Positions 1-10,666 are shown, numbered from the stretch's first letter. The stretch: DNA of 48,185 nt from Candidatus Nanosyncoccus sp. (GCA_045637565.1 JAZTZQ010000028.1:1-48185); one strand, 5' to 3'. Numbers and translations are program-made. The notes: generated from the sequence alone by a model not told the origin.

Positions 1-38
1 AGAAAAAGACAATGATGTCATCCTGTATTAAATAGTGT

Positions 39-152
39 GGAATCGTATTGGTATTTTTGGGTAAATATCCCGAGAAATTCAAAAAAGTCAACGCCCTTCT
101 GGCTTTACTTTTTCGGATTTCGAGGCCGTCCCAAAAAAACTAATACGATACC
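39..152 (+). repeat. Long imperfect hairpin element, intergenic family copy A
   Basis: Arms ggaatcgtattggtatttttggg / cccaaaaaaactaatacgatacc enclose the core aatatcccgagaaatt-aaaaaagtcaa...tttacttttt-atttcgaggccgtc, which is shared with 29555-29691. Confidence 0.85.
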
Positions 153-155
153 GGT

Positions 156-165
156 GTGTTATAAT
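156..165 (+). promoter_or_regulatory. Extended -10 promoter (TGtTATAAT), likely leaderless transcript
   Basis: gtgttataat lies 6 nt upstream of ATG 172, with no Shine-Dalgarno. Confidence 0.7.
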
Positions 166-171
166 ACGGGT

Positions 172-1422
172 ATGATTAAGATAGAGAAGATGATTCCTGG
201 TGGCCAATCCCTTGGTACCGCCAACGACGGTAAGAAAATTTTTTTCTGGAACGCTCTTCCTGGCGAAACAGTGGAAGAGTACGAAGTTACTAAAAATAAA
301 TCTCGTTACCAAGAAGCCATCGCTACTAGGATTTCCCACCCTTCCAAGTTTAGGGTCAACCCCAAAGACGAATGTTATCTCTCCACTTCCCCCTGGCAAA
401 TTATTGATTATAACTATGAATTACAGCTCAAACAAGAACTGGTTACTGAAATCTTCCGTGAACACCATATCGATATAGACACTCCAGAAATCTTCACTGA
501 CAACAATGATTATCGCTATCGCAACAAAATGGAATACGCCCTCTACTGGGATCACGACACCAGCAAAATCCACCTCGCTTTCCATCAGCGTGGTTCTCAT
601 CGCAAAACCCCAATCACACACTCTGGTATTGAACGCCCCGAAATCTTTAAGAAAGCCCAGCAAATTGTAGACGAACTAAACAATAACCACGACGAAGCTC
701 GCCGCTACCAATCCCTCCTCTTAAGATGTAATCAGCAAGGCGAAGTTTCTGGTGGTCTCTATGAGAACCATAAACCCCACCCGGTCTTCCCTTTCCTCAC
801 CGACACCATTATGGGTCACGAATATTCTTACTCCCCCAACGGCTTCTTCCAAATCAACCTCCCAGTCTACGAAATGGCCCTCCAGGAAATTAAGCAACAC
901 ATTAAGACTAACGAAGTCCTCGACCTTTACTCCGGCGTCGGCACCATCGGCCTCTCCGTCGCCCGAGATAAACCCCTCACATTAGTAGAGTGTGATAAAT
1001 TCGCCTTTGGTGAACTTCGTGAGAATGTTGCGAAAACGGTTCAATTCGAGAGCATTCGCGACAACGGGAGCGAACGACGAAGCGAGCCCTGTAACAACAG
1101 GCGCGAGCAAGGAGGCTCGAGAAGTGAACCGTTGAGTAACATTGTCGCGATTCTTTCCAAGTCAGAAGATATATTGAATTATATTAATCATAATCAAACA
1201 GTAATATTAGATCCCCCTCGTTCCGGCTGCGACAAAAAACTAATCGACAAACTCCTAGAAGCTCAACCAACCAGTATTATCTATCTTTCCTGTAATCCTG
1301 CCACTCAAGCCCGCGACGTCAAACTTTTGCTAGAAAAATACCAAATCAACACCGTGAAAACCTATAACTTCTTCCCCCATACTCCTCATATTGAAAACCT
1401 TATCATTCTTTCTCGTAGATGA
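172..1422 (+). CDS. rlmD: 23S rRNA m5U methyltransferase (RlmD/TrmA family, TRAM domain) with in-frame ~40-aa insertion
   Basis: Motifs NALPGE, YRYRNK, FFQIN, LDLYSGVGTIG, LDPPRSG, YLSCNPATQARD, FFPHTPHIE; start moved to ATG 172 because of the promoter. Confidence 0.88.
   Translation: MIKIEKMIPGGQSLGTANDGKKIFFWNALPGETVEEYEVTKNKSRYQEAIATRISHPSKFRVNPKDECYLSTSPWQIIDYNYELQLKQELVTEIFREHHIDIDTPEIFTDNNDYRYRNKMEYALYWDHDTSKIHLAFHQRGSHRKTPITHSGIERPEIFKKAQQIVDELNNNHDEARRYQSLLLRCNQQGEVSGGLYENHKPHPVFPFLTDTIMGHEYSYSPNGFFQINLPVYEMALQEIKQHIKTNEVLDLYSGVGTIGLSVARDKPLTLVECDKFAFGELRENVAKTVQFESIRDNGSERRSEPCNNRREQGGSRSEPLSNIVAILSKSEDILNYINHNQTVILDPPRSGCDKKLIDKLLEAQPTSIIYLSCNPATQARDVKLLLEKYQINTVKTYNFFPHTPHIENLIILSRR
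1017..1150 (+). repeat. In-frame palindromic element (AACG three-way-junction family), copy 1 in rlmD
   Basis: Arms tcgtgagaatgttgcgaaaacggttcaatt / aagtgaaccgttgagtaacattgtcgcga; core nearly identical to 18680-18753. Confidence 0.9.
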
Positions 1423-1485
1423 GCAGAGATTTTTTCTTGCATTAAAATCATAACCGTAATATAATAATAATTGTAGAGAAGGGTT

Positions 1486-4400
1486 ATGGTTAAATTTTTT
1501 GGGAGCAAGCAAGAATTGCGCAAGAATACAAACGCGAGGATAGTATATGTAATTCTATTTTTTGGAATCCTCACTCTTTTATCTTCAAATAATGTCCTTG
1601 CTACTAGCTACTCTGCTACACTTACCACTGGAGGTGATATTACATTAAGTGGTAATGGCTATGGAGACGGTGTTAGTATAGAATCAGATGATTTAAATGT
1701 TGCAACCAATTGTCGTGCTGGATATAACCTATCTTTATCTACTTCCACTGCTAACAATAATCTATATCTGGATGGTGATAGTAGTGTTAGTGGTGAAGAT
1801 TCCTATTTTACACCAACCGATGGCGCCTCTGGACTTGCCTCTACGACCAACCACTGGGGGTATCTTCTTTCTAGTAGTGTTCCATCCAGTAGTAGTGTTT
1901 TTTCTACAGTTCCGGGTAGTTTGGTTGAACCTGCCCTTATTAAAACAACTCACGAGACTGCTTCAGAATCGGATATTAATGATTCTTTCTCTGTTTATTA
2001 TGGTGTATCTATGTCAAATACTATCACGTCTGGTACTTATAAAATGGTTAAGGATGGTAACAATCAAGACGGTTCTATTGTCTATAGTCTCACAATGTCT
2101 CCATCTTGTGCAGACTCTACAGTTGTCACATTCAATGAAGATTTGGATGGGGCTGGCGCCGAAGGTACAGATGCATCCATTGCTAACTTTCCATCCACAA
2201 ACGATAATACTATAGATACAGCTAATCAAACCATTACCCTATCCAACAAGCGACCTACTCGTTCCGGCTACATCTTTAAAGAATGGAACACTGAGGCTGA
2301 TGGTACTGGTGACTATTATTATGTTGGTGAAACGATACCCATGGGCCAAGGTGGCCTTTCTGGTTTTGTGACACTATACGCCATCTGGGTACCAAACTGC
2401 TCCGCTGACACTATCTGCTACAATGATAATCATGCCGATGGTGGTATTATGACTAATCAAACTGCCACCAGTAATACTAATAATATTCTTATCCCCGGAA
2501 ATTTCAATCGAAGTGACTATGGTTTCGCTGGCTGGAACACTGAAGCGGACGGTACTGGTACCAACTATGGTCCTAACCAAACTATTAATCCAGGTGATTT
2601 ATCTACTACTGGTCTCACACTTTTTGCGCACTGGATTAAATCAAGTGACACATTGCAGACTTGGGATGGAGCCTCAAACATGAACATAGGCGATGTTATT
2701 GCCCTCAAAGATAACCGCGATAATGAAGTTTACACCATAGCCAAACTCGCCGATAATAATGTCTGGATAATTGAAAACCTAAGGCTTGTCCCAAATAGTG
2801 TCACTTTTACTACTAAGAACACCAATAGTCCCACCACTGGTTTTATCTCCGCTGCGCCATCATCCTCATCTACTACAACCCAGTGCTCTACTGATGATTC
2901 TACTTGTAATGATCAAGTATATTTTTATGCCGGCAACATGGATCGTACCAAAGCCCAAGAACCTACCGGAAATGACTCGTCTAAAGCTTGGTATTCGTAT
3001 GGTACTATGTATAACTGGTTTACCGCTACCGCTGGTAATGGCACCAATAGCAAATCAAGCGGTAGTGTGACTGGAGATATTTGCCCATCCGGTTGGCGCT
3101 TACCTACCGGTGGCAGGTCTGGCGAATATAGCGCCCTCTCTACTACTCTAGGTGGCACTGGTTCAGCTGGAGCCACAGCCCTCCGTTCCTATCCAAATAA
3201 CTTCATTCATTCCGGTGACTATAACCCCTCCACAAATATACCAGATGGTCGCGGTACCCAAGGTCGCATCTGGACTTCTACCGCCCAAAGTGCCGCCAAA
3301 TCATATCGTATGGGATACAATAATACTAGTATTACTCCAGCTGGTACTTGGAATAAATGGGATAACTTCGCTGTTCGTTGTATCTACCAAGGTGGCAACA
3401 TTCATTACTCCGAAGTTACCATTAATTTTGCCGGTTCTGGTATCACAAGTGTTACCTTTGAAAGCAATAATCATGATACCGAAACCGCCACTCCAGCCAG
3501 TCCCACTGTTTCTCTTGCTGAAAATACCTCTTATACTATCACCGCGACCACTAACGTTGGCTATGAATTATCTAGTTGGGCGACTACTAGTGGTGGTGCT
3601 CTTGCTAATACCTCTACCAATCCGACCACCTACACAATTACAGGTGAAGCCACTCTCACAGCTACCGGCGCCGAAGTTCCTAGCTTTACTACCACTATCA
3701 ATATGGGTGAACATATCACTGGTATTTCCTTCACGAATACCACTTATGGTACCGAGTCCCTCACTCCTGCCAGCGCTTCCTGTACAAGTAATAATAACAA
3801 CACCTACACTTGTACCATCTCTCTCCGTCGTAGCGTGGAGTACACTCTCTCTTCTAGTTTTGAGGCTGGTTATACTATAGACACTTGGACTACTACCATC
3901 AATGGTACTTTAGGCGACGCTACTAGTGCTAGCACTACCTACGCCATCACCGGTCCCGCTACTCTCAGTATCTCCGCTCAAGAAGCCAGTGAGGTTAGTT
4001 ACACTCTAATTTACAACGCTGGCGATGGTACCGATGCTCCAGGCTCAGATACCGCCACAAGCTATGATTCGTCGTATAATTTCACTATCACTAACTCCGC
4101 TCCCATTAATTATGGATATACTTTCACTGGTTGGAGCGAAACAAATGGCGGTAGCACTATAGACTACGCTTCTGGTGACACTATTACTATCACTAGTACA
4201 GGCACTGAGACTACTAAGACTCTTTATGCCGTCTACACCGCCAATTCTTGTCCAGCAAGCAGAATCTGCTATTACGATAACGGCGCCGATGTTAATGGGG
4301 GTGGCCGAAACACTATGGCCAACCAATCCGCCTCCAGTAATTCCAGCGCCACTCTCATCCCGTCTAACTACTCTAAATCCGGCTATGGCTTCGCCGGCTG

Positions 4401-7400
4401 GGCTACCGACGCCAATGCTACTCCCTATGGCCCAAATGCTACCATTACTACTCCAGATATCAGCAGTACTGGTCTCGCTCTCTATGCCAAATGGGTAGCG
4501 CCCACTGGTGCTCTCCAGTCCTGGAATGGCTGCAATACTCTTACTCAGAATAGCGTTATCGCTCTTACTGATACTCGCGATGACAATGTCTACGCCGTGG
4601 CGAAACTTGCCGACGATAATTGTTGGACCATTGAAAGTCTCCGCCTAGTGCCAAACACTGCTACTATTACCAGCCAGAATACCCATAATCCAGCTTCCGG
4701 CTTCGCCGCTGCAGCCGCTAACTCATCTTCATCCAACGCTCTCTGTAATACAGATGATGATTCCTCATGCATCAATCAACTTCAATATAATACTAATAGT
4801 CTCAATCGTAACCTTACTCAATCTTATAATGGCACAGGAGATAATGTTGCTTGGTATTCATATGGTGTTTATTATAACTGGTACACCGCCACTGCCGGCC
4901 AAGGTACCTTCAGTACATCCGCCAATACCAATGTTAGTGGCGATCTCTGTCCTAAGAACTGGCACTTACCCACCAGTACTTCTTCTGGCGAATGGGCGGC
5001 TCTAAACACTGCCGTTAATGGAGGAGTCTCTAATGCTGACGCCGGTCTCAGAACTTATCCGGTCAATCTCATCTGGTCCGGTGATTATAATGGCTCTAGT
5101 CGCACTAGTGGTTATAGCAATGGCCGCTACTGGTCATCTACTGGCCTTGATGCTAACAACGCCTATCGCATGGGCCACCAAGAAAGCGGTAGTAAAGGCT
5201 CCACGCCTAGCGGCAACTATAGAAAATGGGACGGCTTCGCCATCCGCTGCGTAAGAGATGAGGGCACCATAGAATATAGCGATGTTGTAGTTACCTTCCC
5301 CGCCAATGTCACCAGTGTCTCCTTCACTAGTGCTCAACATGGTATTGAGACCGCCACTCCATCTAATAGCACCGTCACTCTTGTTCAGGGCGCCACCTAC
5401 ACTCTCACCGCCACCTTTGCCTCTGGCTATACTCTAGATTCTTGGATCAATGGCACAAACAGCACTATCGGCTCCGCCTCTGCTCTCCCCACCACTTTCA
5501 GTATTACTGACAACTCCACTCTTACTCTCACCACTAAAGAAATCTGTGGCGTCACAGTAGGTCCCAATGCTATTTGTTATGAGGCCAATGGAAATGATGT
5601 AGTGGGTACCATGGGAGCCCAAACCTTCTCCTCCGCCGACACCTCCATTACCCTTCTCGCCTCCAATTTCTCTCGCACAGGCTATGGTTTCGCCGGCTGG
5701 AGCACCGACTCTACTGTTACTAATAACAGTAAGATTTACGGCCCTCAAGAAGACCTCACTTTTACCGCCGGTCAATACTCCACCACCGGTCTCAAGCTCT
5801 ACGCCGTCTGGATTCAATCTGCTGGCTCAATGCAATCTGATTACTGGAATGTTTGTAAAACCCTCACCGCCGCCCCCACCAATGGCACCGCTAATATCAA
5901 TTCAGTTTCCGCCCTCACTGATCAGCGCGATAACAACACATACGCCATCGCAAAACTAGCTGACGGTAAATGTTGGATGATTGAGAATCTCAGACTAGAA
6001 AGTACTGCCGAACATAACAGTGAGGGTACCCTCGCCCAAGGTTACGGCACTTCCGCTACCTATGGCAACTTCGGAGGACTTGCTAATGCAGAAAGTTCCA
6101 ACTTCATAGACTCCACTACCGCAAATAGCCTCTACTACAGTGGCACCCAGTCAGGCACTGCTAGTATAGATATAGGTACCACGAATCGTCCAGGTTACCG
6201 TATGCCACGATACAATAATATCAATACTTCTACTCGTGCAACTAACCCAACTAACAATGATGGAAATATGTACTCCTACGGTAACTATTATACTTGGCAT
6301 GCAGCCATTGCCGATCTTACTTATAACGGTACTAATAACCAATCTTCTACGGGAACTTCACTATGTCCAGCGGGATGGCATCTACCTACCGGCGGAATGG
6401 CTTATGCTTCTGGTAGTTCAAGCGGCGTAAATGTCACTGGAGATACTTCTACTTTCCGTGAATTCTATAATCTAGGATACAAAATCATGGATGAAGCAAA
6501 AACTGCCTATGAAGATACGCCAAATAGTGGAAACGCAGGCTATACAACAGATACTACCAATACTACTGGTAAGACTGCTACTACTGCTTTTAGGTCCTTC
6601 CCCAACAATTTCCTCTACTCCGGGTACTTCGGTACGTCGTCGGCGGCCATCAGAGGTAGCTACGGCTCCTATTGGTCGTCTACTGCGGACGATAACATCG
6701 GTAGCTACGGCCTGTACCTGAGTAGTTCCAACGTGTACCCAGGTACCGGTTACAACACTAAGAACGGCGGCCGCAGTATTAGGTGCACGATATCAGCCCC
6801 CGCTCATTCCGTCACCATCTCCCCAGACTCCCACATCTCCAGCGTCACCTTCTCCGCCAGCGGCGAAACGACTCAAACCGCCACCTCCGCCAGCCCCACA
6901 GTAAGCCTAAAAGAAGGCAAATCCTACACCATCACCGCCACAACCGATACAGGCTATGAATTCGCCTCCTGGTCCACTACCGCCAATGGTACCCTCGGTT
7001 CCACCACGACCAACCCCACTACCTACACCATCACCGATACCGCCACCCTCACCGTCGCATCGCAAGAGGTTTGTAGTGGCACCATTGCGGCTAATTCTAT
7101 CTGTTACGCGCCAAACGGAAACAACGTAGAAGGTACCATGGGCATCCAAGCCTTCTCCTCCACCGATACCTCCGTCACTCTCCTTGCCTCTAATTTCTCT
7201 CGCACCGGCTACGGCTTCGCCGGCTGGAGCCCAGATTCCACTATCACCAGCAACAGTAAAATCTACGGCCCTCAGGAAGACCTCGCTATGACCGCCAACC
7301 AATACTCCACCACCGGCCTCAAGCTCTACGCCGTCTGGGTTCAATCGGCTGGCTCTCTCCAATCTGACGCCTGGAATACTTGCAAAACCCTCACCACCGC

Positions 7401-9978
7401 ACCTACTGATGGCACTGCTAATTTAAGCTCTGTCTCCGCATTAACTGACCAGCGTGACAATGAAACTTACGCCATTGCAAAACTTGCCGACGGTAAGTGT
7501 TGGATGATAGAAAACCTCCGCTTAGACAATTCCGCAACTCTTACTACTATTAATACCAATAATCCACTAAACGATGGCACTAATGTTACCCTCAAACATA
7601 GCTATTCAGATACCGAAACACATAACACTCTTTCCGCTTCACAAGATCCCACTACGACCGCATGGTGTACTACCAATGCTGCTTCCTGCGATGATCAATC
7701 AATGCTATTTACAGGCAATACTACTAACCGCGCTACCAACCCAACCACAAGCTCAGGCAATACGTATTCCTACGGCAACTACTACAACTGGTACTCCGCT
7801 ACGGCTGGCAATGGCACATATAGCTTTAGTACCAACAATAATAGTGTAGCAGGTGACCTATGCCCTACTGGTTGGCACCTACCAATAGGCGGCAGAAAAG
7901 CCAATGTAGATGTAAGTGACTTCTGGAAACTATCACGTGCTACCATAGGAGCAGATCCAGCAAACTTCGCTAATGATTACTTTTATTACACCGGTACTCC
8001 AGAAGGTACGGATGCTTCTAATAAAATGAGAGCTTATCCTAACAATTTTGTCTATTCCGGCTACGTCAACGGTGGCTCAGTGAGCAATCGAGGCTCGAAC
8101 GGCTACTTCTGGTCGTCTACGGCGTACTCGTCCGTCAACGCCTACAACCTGAACCTGTACTCGTCCAGCGTCGACCCAGGCACGATCACCTACAACAAGT
8201 ACCGCGGGAGGACAGTGCGCTGCGTCGCCCCGGCTCCCACCCACTCCGTCACCATCTCTCCCGACTCTCACATCTCCAGCGTTACCTTCTCCGCCACCGG
8301 CGAAACCACTCAGACTGCCACCTCCGCCAACCCCACAGTCAGCCTAAAAGAAGGCAAATCCTACACCATCACCGCCACAACCGATACAAGCTATGAATTC
8401 GCCTCCTGGTCCACTACCGCCAATGGTACCCTCGGTTCCACCACGACCAACCCCACTACCTACACTATTACCGATACCGCTACCCTCACCATCACTAGTC
8501 AAGCTATTCCTACATATACCATCACAGTTAATATGGACAGCAATATCACCGGTATCACCTTTGCTAACACCGATTATGGTTCCCAATCCGTCACCACCAC
8601 CGGCTCCACCGTCACCCTCCGCCGCGGCGTACCATACACCATCACCGCCACCACTGCCACCGGCTACGAATTCGCCTCCTGGTCCACTACCGCCAATGGT
8701 ACCCTCGGTTCCACCACGACCAACCCCACTACCTACACTATTACCGATACCGCTACCCTCACCGTCGCATCACAAGAACTCTGTAGTGGCACCGTTGCAG
8801 CTAATTCCATTTGCTATATTCCAAACGGCAACAACGTAGAAGGTACCATGGGCGTTCAAACCTTCTCATCCACCGACACCTCTGTCACTCTTCTCGCCTC
8901 CAACTTCTCTCGCACCGGCTACGGCTTCGCCGGCTGGAGCACCGATTCCACCATCACTAATAACAGTAAAATCTACGGCCCTCAAGAAGACCTCACTTTT
9001 ACTGCTGGCCAGTATAATACCGCTGGCATTAAACTCTACGCTGTCTGGGTCCAATCTGCCGGCTATCTTCAAACCGACACAGCCACCACTTGTCGTAATC
9101 TTATTGCTGCCCCCATCGATGGCAGCGCAAATCTCAGCTCTGTTTCTGCTCTCACCGACCAACGTGATAATGAAACCTATGCCATTGCTAAACTCGCCGA
9201 TGGTAATTGTTGGATGATTGAAAATCTAAGGCTAGAAAGTACCAACTCAGATAATAGCACCGGCGCCCTTGCCCAAGGCTATAGGACGTCTACAACTTAT
9301 GGTAATTTCTCTGGTTTAGCCGATGCGGAAAGCACAAGTATTTCCGGAACATACTCTGCCAATAGTCTATACAGTAGCGATGGTAGTAATGGCACTATCG
9401 GCATTGCAAGTTACAACGCTGCCTATCGTATGCCACGCTATAATAATTGGAATCATCAAGCTAGCTCAGCCAACCGACCACAATATCCAACCACCAACTA
9501 CGTCAAGAATAGCAACACTAATGCTGGTATGTATAGCTACGGTAACTACTACACCTGGCATGCAGCCATAGCGGACACTACCCATTATGATAGCGGAGAT
9601 CATGGTACTACTTCCCTCTGCCCTAGAGGGTGGAGGCTACCCATCGGAGACCAATCTACGGCAAATAAGAGTTTCGGTAATCTAAGCGTTTCACTTGGCG
9701 GTCCAGAGGGGGGCGCCACTGCGAATTCTTCTTCTACTCCTACGGGTACCGTAATGTCTACTAGGTTTAGAAGTTTTCCGAACAACTATCTCTATTCTGG
9801 CATCGACAATCCGACAGATTTCATAGGTACTGCCGGTGGCTATTGGTCATCTACCACGATAAGTGCTTATCGTTCGTATGCCATGGCTTTAGACAATTCG
9901 AGAGTATTCTTAGGGAAACTTGAAAAAGAAAAGTGGTATAGTCTCGGCGTCAGGTGTATCGCAGATATCTCAAACTAG
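1486..9978 (+). CDS. Giant surface protein: N-terminal signal/TM, InlB-B (Listeria-Bacteroides)-like repeats and five FISUMP/CLec-like domains
   Basis: Repeated ICY..N...GFAGW...LYAVW units; five units of D.RD...Y.IAKLAD..CWMIENLRL...YYNW...CP.GW.LP...W.ST...RC; Thr/Ser rich. Confidence 0.85.
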   Translation: MVKFFGSKQELRKNTNARIVYVILFFGILTLLSSNNVLATSYSATLTTGGDITLSGNGYGDGVSIESDDLNVATNCRAGYNLSLSTSTANNNLYLDGDSSVSGEDSYFTPTDGASGLASTTNHWGYLLSSSVPSSSSVFSTVPGSLVEPALIKTTHETASESDINDSFSVYYGVSMSNTITSGTYKMVKDGNNQDGSIVYSLTMSPSCADSTVVTFNEDLDGAGAEGTDASIANFPSTNDNTIDTANQTITLSNKRPTRSGYIFKEWNTEADGTGDYYYVGETIPMGQGGLSGFVTLYAIWVPNCSADTICYNDNHADGGIMTNQTATSNTNNILIPGNFNRSDYGFAGWNTEADGTGTNYGPNQTINPGDLSTTGLTLFAHWIKSSDTLQTWDGASNMNIGDVIALKDNRDNEVYTIAKLADNNVWIIENLRLVPNSVTFTTKNTNSPTTGFISAAPSSSSTTTQCSTDDSTCNDQVYFYAGNMDRTKAQEPTGNDSSKAWYSYGTMYNWFTATAGNGTNSKSSGSVTGDICPSGWRLPTGGRSGEYSALSTTLGGTGSAGATALRSYPNNFIHSGDYNPSTNIPDGRGTQGRIWTSTAQSAAKSYRMGYNNTSITPAGTWNKWDNFAVRCIYQGGNIHYSEVTINFAGSGITSVTFESNNHDTETATPASPTVSLAENTSYTITATTNVGYELSSWATTSGGALANTSTNPTTYTITGEATLTATGAEVPSFTTTINMGEHITGISFTNTTYGTESLTPASASCTSNNNNTYTCTISLRRSVEYTLSSSFEAGYTIDTWTTTINGTLGDATSASTTYAITGPATLSISAQEASEVSYTLIYNAGDGTDAPGSDTATSYDSSYNFTITNSAPINYGYTFTGWSETNGGSTIDYASGDTITITSTGTETTKTLYAVYTANSCPASRICYYDNGADVNGGGRNTMANQSASSNSSATLIPSNYSKSGYGFAGWATDANATPYGPNATITTPDISSTGLALYAKWVAPTGALQSWNGCNTLTQNSVIALTDTRDDNVYAVAKLADDNCWTIESLRLVPNTATITSQNTHNPASGFAAAAANSSSSNALCNTDDDSSCINQLQYNTNSLNRNLTQSYNGTGDNVAWYSYGVYYNWYTATAGQGTFSTSANTNVSGDLCPKNWHLPTSTSSGEWAALNTAVNGGVSNADAGLRTYPVNLIWSGDYNGSSRTSGYSNGRYWSSTGLDANNAYRMGHQESGSKGSTPSGNYRKWDGFAIRCVRDEGTIEYSDVVVTFPANVTSVSFTSAQHGIETATPSNSTVTLVQGATYTLTATFASGYTLDSWINGTNSTIGSASALPTTFSITDNSTLTLTTKEICGVTVGPNAICYEANGNDVVGTMGAQTFSSADTSITLLASNFSRTGYGFAGWSTDSTVTNNSKIYGPQEDLTFTAGQYSTTGLKLYAVWIQSAGSMQSDYWNVCKTLTAAPTNGTANINSVSALTDQRDNNTYAIAKLADGKCWMIENLRLESTAEHNSEGTLAQGYGTSATYGNFGGLANAESSNFIDSTTANSLYYSGTQSGTASIDIGTTNRPGYRMPRYNNINTSTRATNPTNNDGNMYSYGNYYTWHAAIADLTYNGTNNQSSTGTSLCPAGWHLPTGGMAYASGSSSGVNVTGDTSTFREFYNLGYKIMDEAKTAYEDTPNSGNAGYTTDTTNTTGKTATTAFRSFPNNFLYSGYFGTSSAAIRGSYGSYWSSTADDNIGSYGLYLSSSNVYPGTGYNTKNGGRSIRCTISAPAHSVTISPDSHISSVTFSASGETTQTATSASPTVSLKEGKSYTITATTDTGYEFASWSTTANGTLGSTTTNPTTYTITDTATLTVASQEVCSGTIAANSICYAPNGNNVEGTMGIQAFSSTDTSVTLLASNFSRTGYGFAGWSPDSTITSNSKIYGPQEDLAMTANQYSTTGLKLYAVWVQSAGSLQSDAWNTCKTLTTAPTDGTANLSSVSALTDQRDNETYAIAKLADGKCWMIENLRLDNSATLTTINTNNPLNDGTNVTLKHSYSDTETHNTLSASQDPTTTAWCTTNAASCDDQSMLFTGNTTNRATNPTTSSGNTYSYGNYYNWYSATAGNGTYSFSTNNNSVAGDLCPTGWHLPIGGRKANVDVSDFWKLSRATIGADPANFANDYFYYTGTPEGTDASNKMRAYPNNFVYSGYVNGGSVSNRGSNGYFWSSTAYSSVNAYNLNLYSSSVDPGTITYNKYRGRTVRCVAPAPTHSVTISPDSHISSVTFSATGETTQTATSANPTVSLKEGKSYTITATTDTSYEFASWSTTANGTLGSTTTNPTTYTITDTATLTITSQAIPTYTITVNMDSNITGITFANTDYGSQSVTTTGSTVTLRRGVPYTITATTATGYEFASWSTTANGTLGSTTTNPTTYTITDTATLTVASQELCSGTVAANSICYIPNGNNVEGTMGVQTFSSTDTSVTLLASNFSRTGYGFAGWSTDSTITNNSKIYGPQEDLTFTAGQYNTAGIKLYAVWVQSAGYLQTDTATTCRNLIAAPIDGSANLSSVSALTDQRDNETYAIAKLADGNCWMIENLRLESTNSDNSTGALAQGYRTSTTYGNFSGLADAESTSISGTYSANSLYSSDGSNGTIGIASYNAAYRMPRYNNWNHQASSANRPQYPTTNYVKNSNTNAGMYSYGNYYTWHAAIADTTHYDSGDHGTTSLCPRGWRLPIGDQSTANKSFGNLSVSLGGPEGGATANSSSTPTGTVMSTRFRSFPNNYLYSGIDNPTDFIGTAGGYWSSTTISAYRSYAMALDNSRVFLGKLEKEKWYSLGVRCIADISN
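6616..6786 (+). other. DGR variable-region-like segment in FISUMP module 3
   Basis: Putative variable codons are all NNY and fixed codons are A-poor and G-ending (tcg, gcg, ctg, gtg); back-translates to the typical TR-like peptide NRGNNGNYWSSTANNNNNSYNLNL. Confidence 0.65.
6808..7053 (+). repeat. Near-identical direct repeat with 8245-8490
   Basis: Offset 1437 nt; both encode SVTISPDSHISSVTFSA...TATLT. Confidence 0.9.
6958..7515 (+). repeat. Direct repeat with 8668-9225 (also related to ~5540-6000)
   Basis: Offset 1710 nt; gaattcgcctcctggtccactaccgccaatggtaccctcggttccaccacgaccaacccc also occurs at 8395. Confidence 0.85.
8053..8229 (+). other. DGR variable-region-like segment in FISUMP module 4
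   Basis: tggtcgtctacggcgtactcgtccgtcaacgcctacaacctgaacctgtac: NNC codons at variable sites, many aac retained, local codon usage differs from the rest of the gene. Confidence 0.65.
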
Positions 9979-10045
9979 GCCTCACTCTCACCCATTTACA
10001 ACCCCACCGATTTGCGTTATTATATAAACACACACAGGAGGAATT

Positions 10046-10666
10046 ATGTTGCACGAAACCAACCAAATCAACGCCGCAGGCTCCGTGACTGCTAGCGCTA
10101 GCCACCAGGGTAGCCATCAATCCAATCGCAAATCGCTAAAAACACTTTACGCCACCGTTTTCCCTGTCATTTTATTACTTGTAGCCGTTGCTGTGCTCAT
10201 TGTGCTTACCGTACTTAACCGCCCCACTATTGACGACGAATTCTTTGTGTCAGACGACACTAAGACCACCATCTCTCTTACTCCGAGTAGCAACGGATCA
10301 ACTAATACAACCCTCATCGAGACTCATCTTGTCTATACCTATGATGGCGATAACGTCTCTGGTCTCAAAACCTATTTTGAATATCCCGATGAAGAAACCG
10401 CCAGAAATACTCTTGAATCCATCAAAGAACAACCCGAATTTAAAGGTGCTGTTGTGGAAGGAAAATACATCGTCGTTACCGCCGATGAAGGTCAATACAA
10501 GGGTCTTACGACTTCTGATATTAGGCAACAAGCTAATGCTCTTCAAAAGTTTCAGGAAAGCCAAAGCTCCTCCAAGGATAATGGAGCCGAAGCCGTCAAT
10601 CAAGAGGAGCAACCTAGAGAAGATGATGCTACCAATGGCTCTGACGATGGGTCGGACGGACAATGA
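10046..10666 (+). CDS. Hypothetical single-TM membrane protein
   Basis: aggagg RBS, hydrophobic segment at aa ~35-57, acidic tail. Confidence 0.75.
   Translation: MLHETNQINAAGSVTASASHQGSHQSNRKSLKTLYATVFPVILLLVAVAVLIVLTVLNRPTIDDEFFVSDDTKTTISLTPSSNGSTNTTLIETHLVYTYDGDNVSGLKTYFEYPDEETARNTLESIKEQPEFKGAVVEGKYIVVTADEGQYKGLTTSDIRQQANALQKFQESQSSSKDNGAEAVNQEEQPREDDATNGSDDGSDGQ

Noticed and set aside
1697-9785. Numerous alternative-frame and antisense ORFs within the giant gene and other CDSs
   Set aside because: Shadow ORFs from biased codon usage; low complexity and no motifs.
9790-9978. DGR VR at the true C-terminus of the giant protein
   Set aside because: Codons include K, E, W, M and A-ending codons at variable positions, not AAY-derived; no TR seen downstream.
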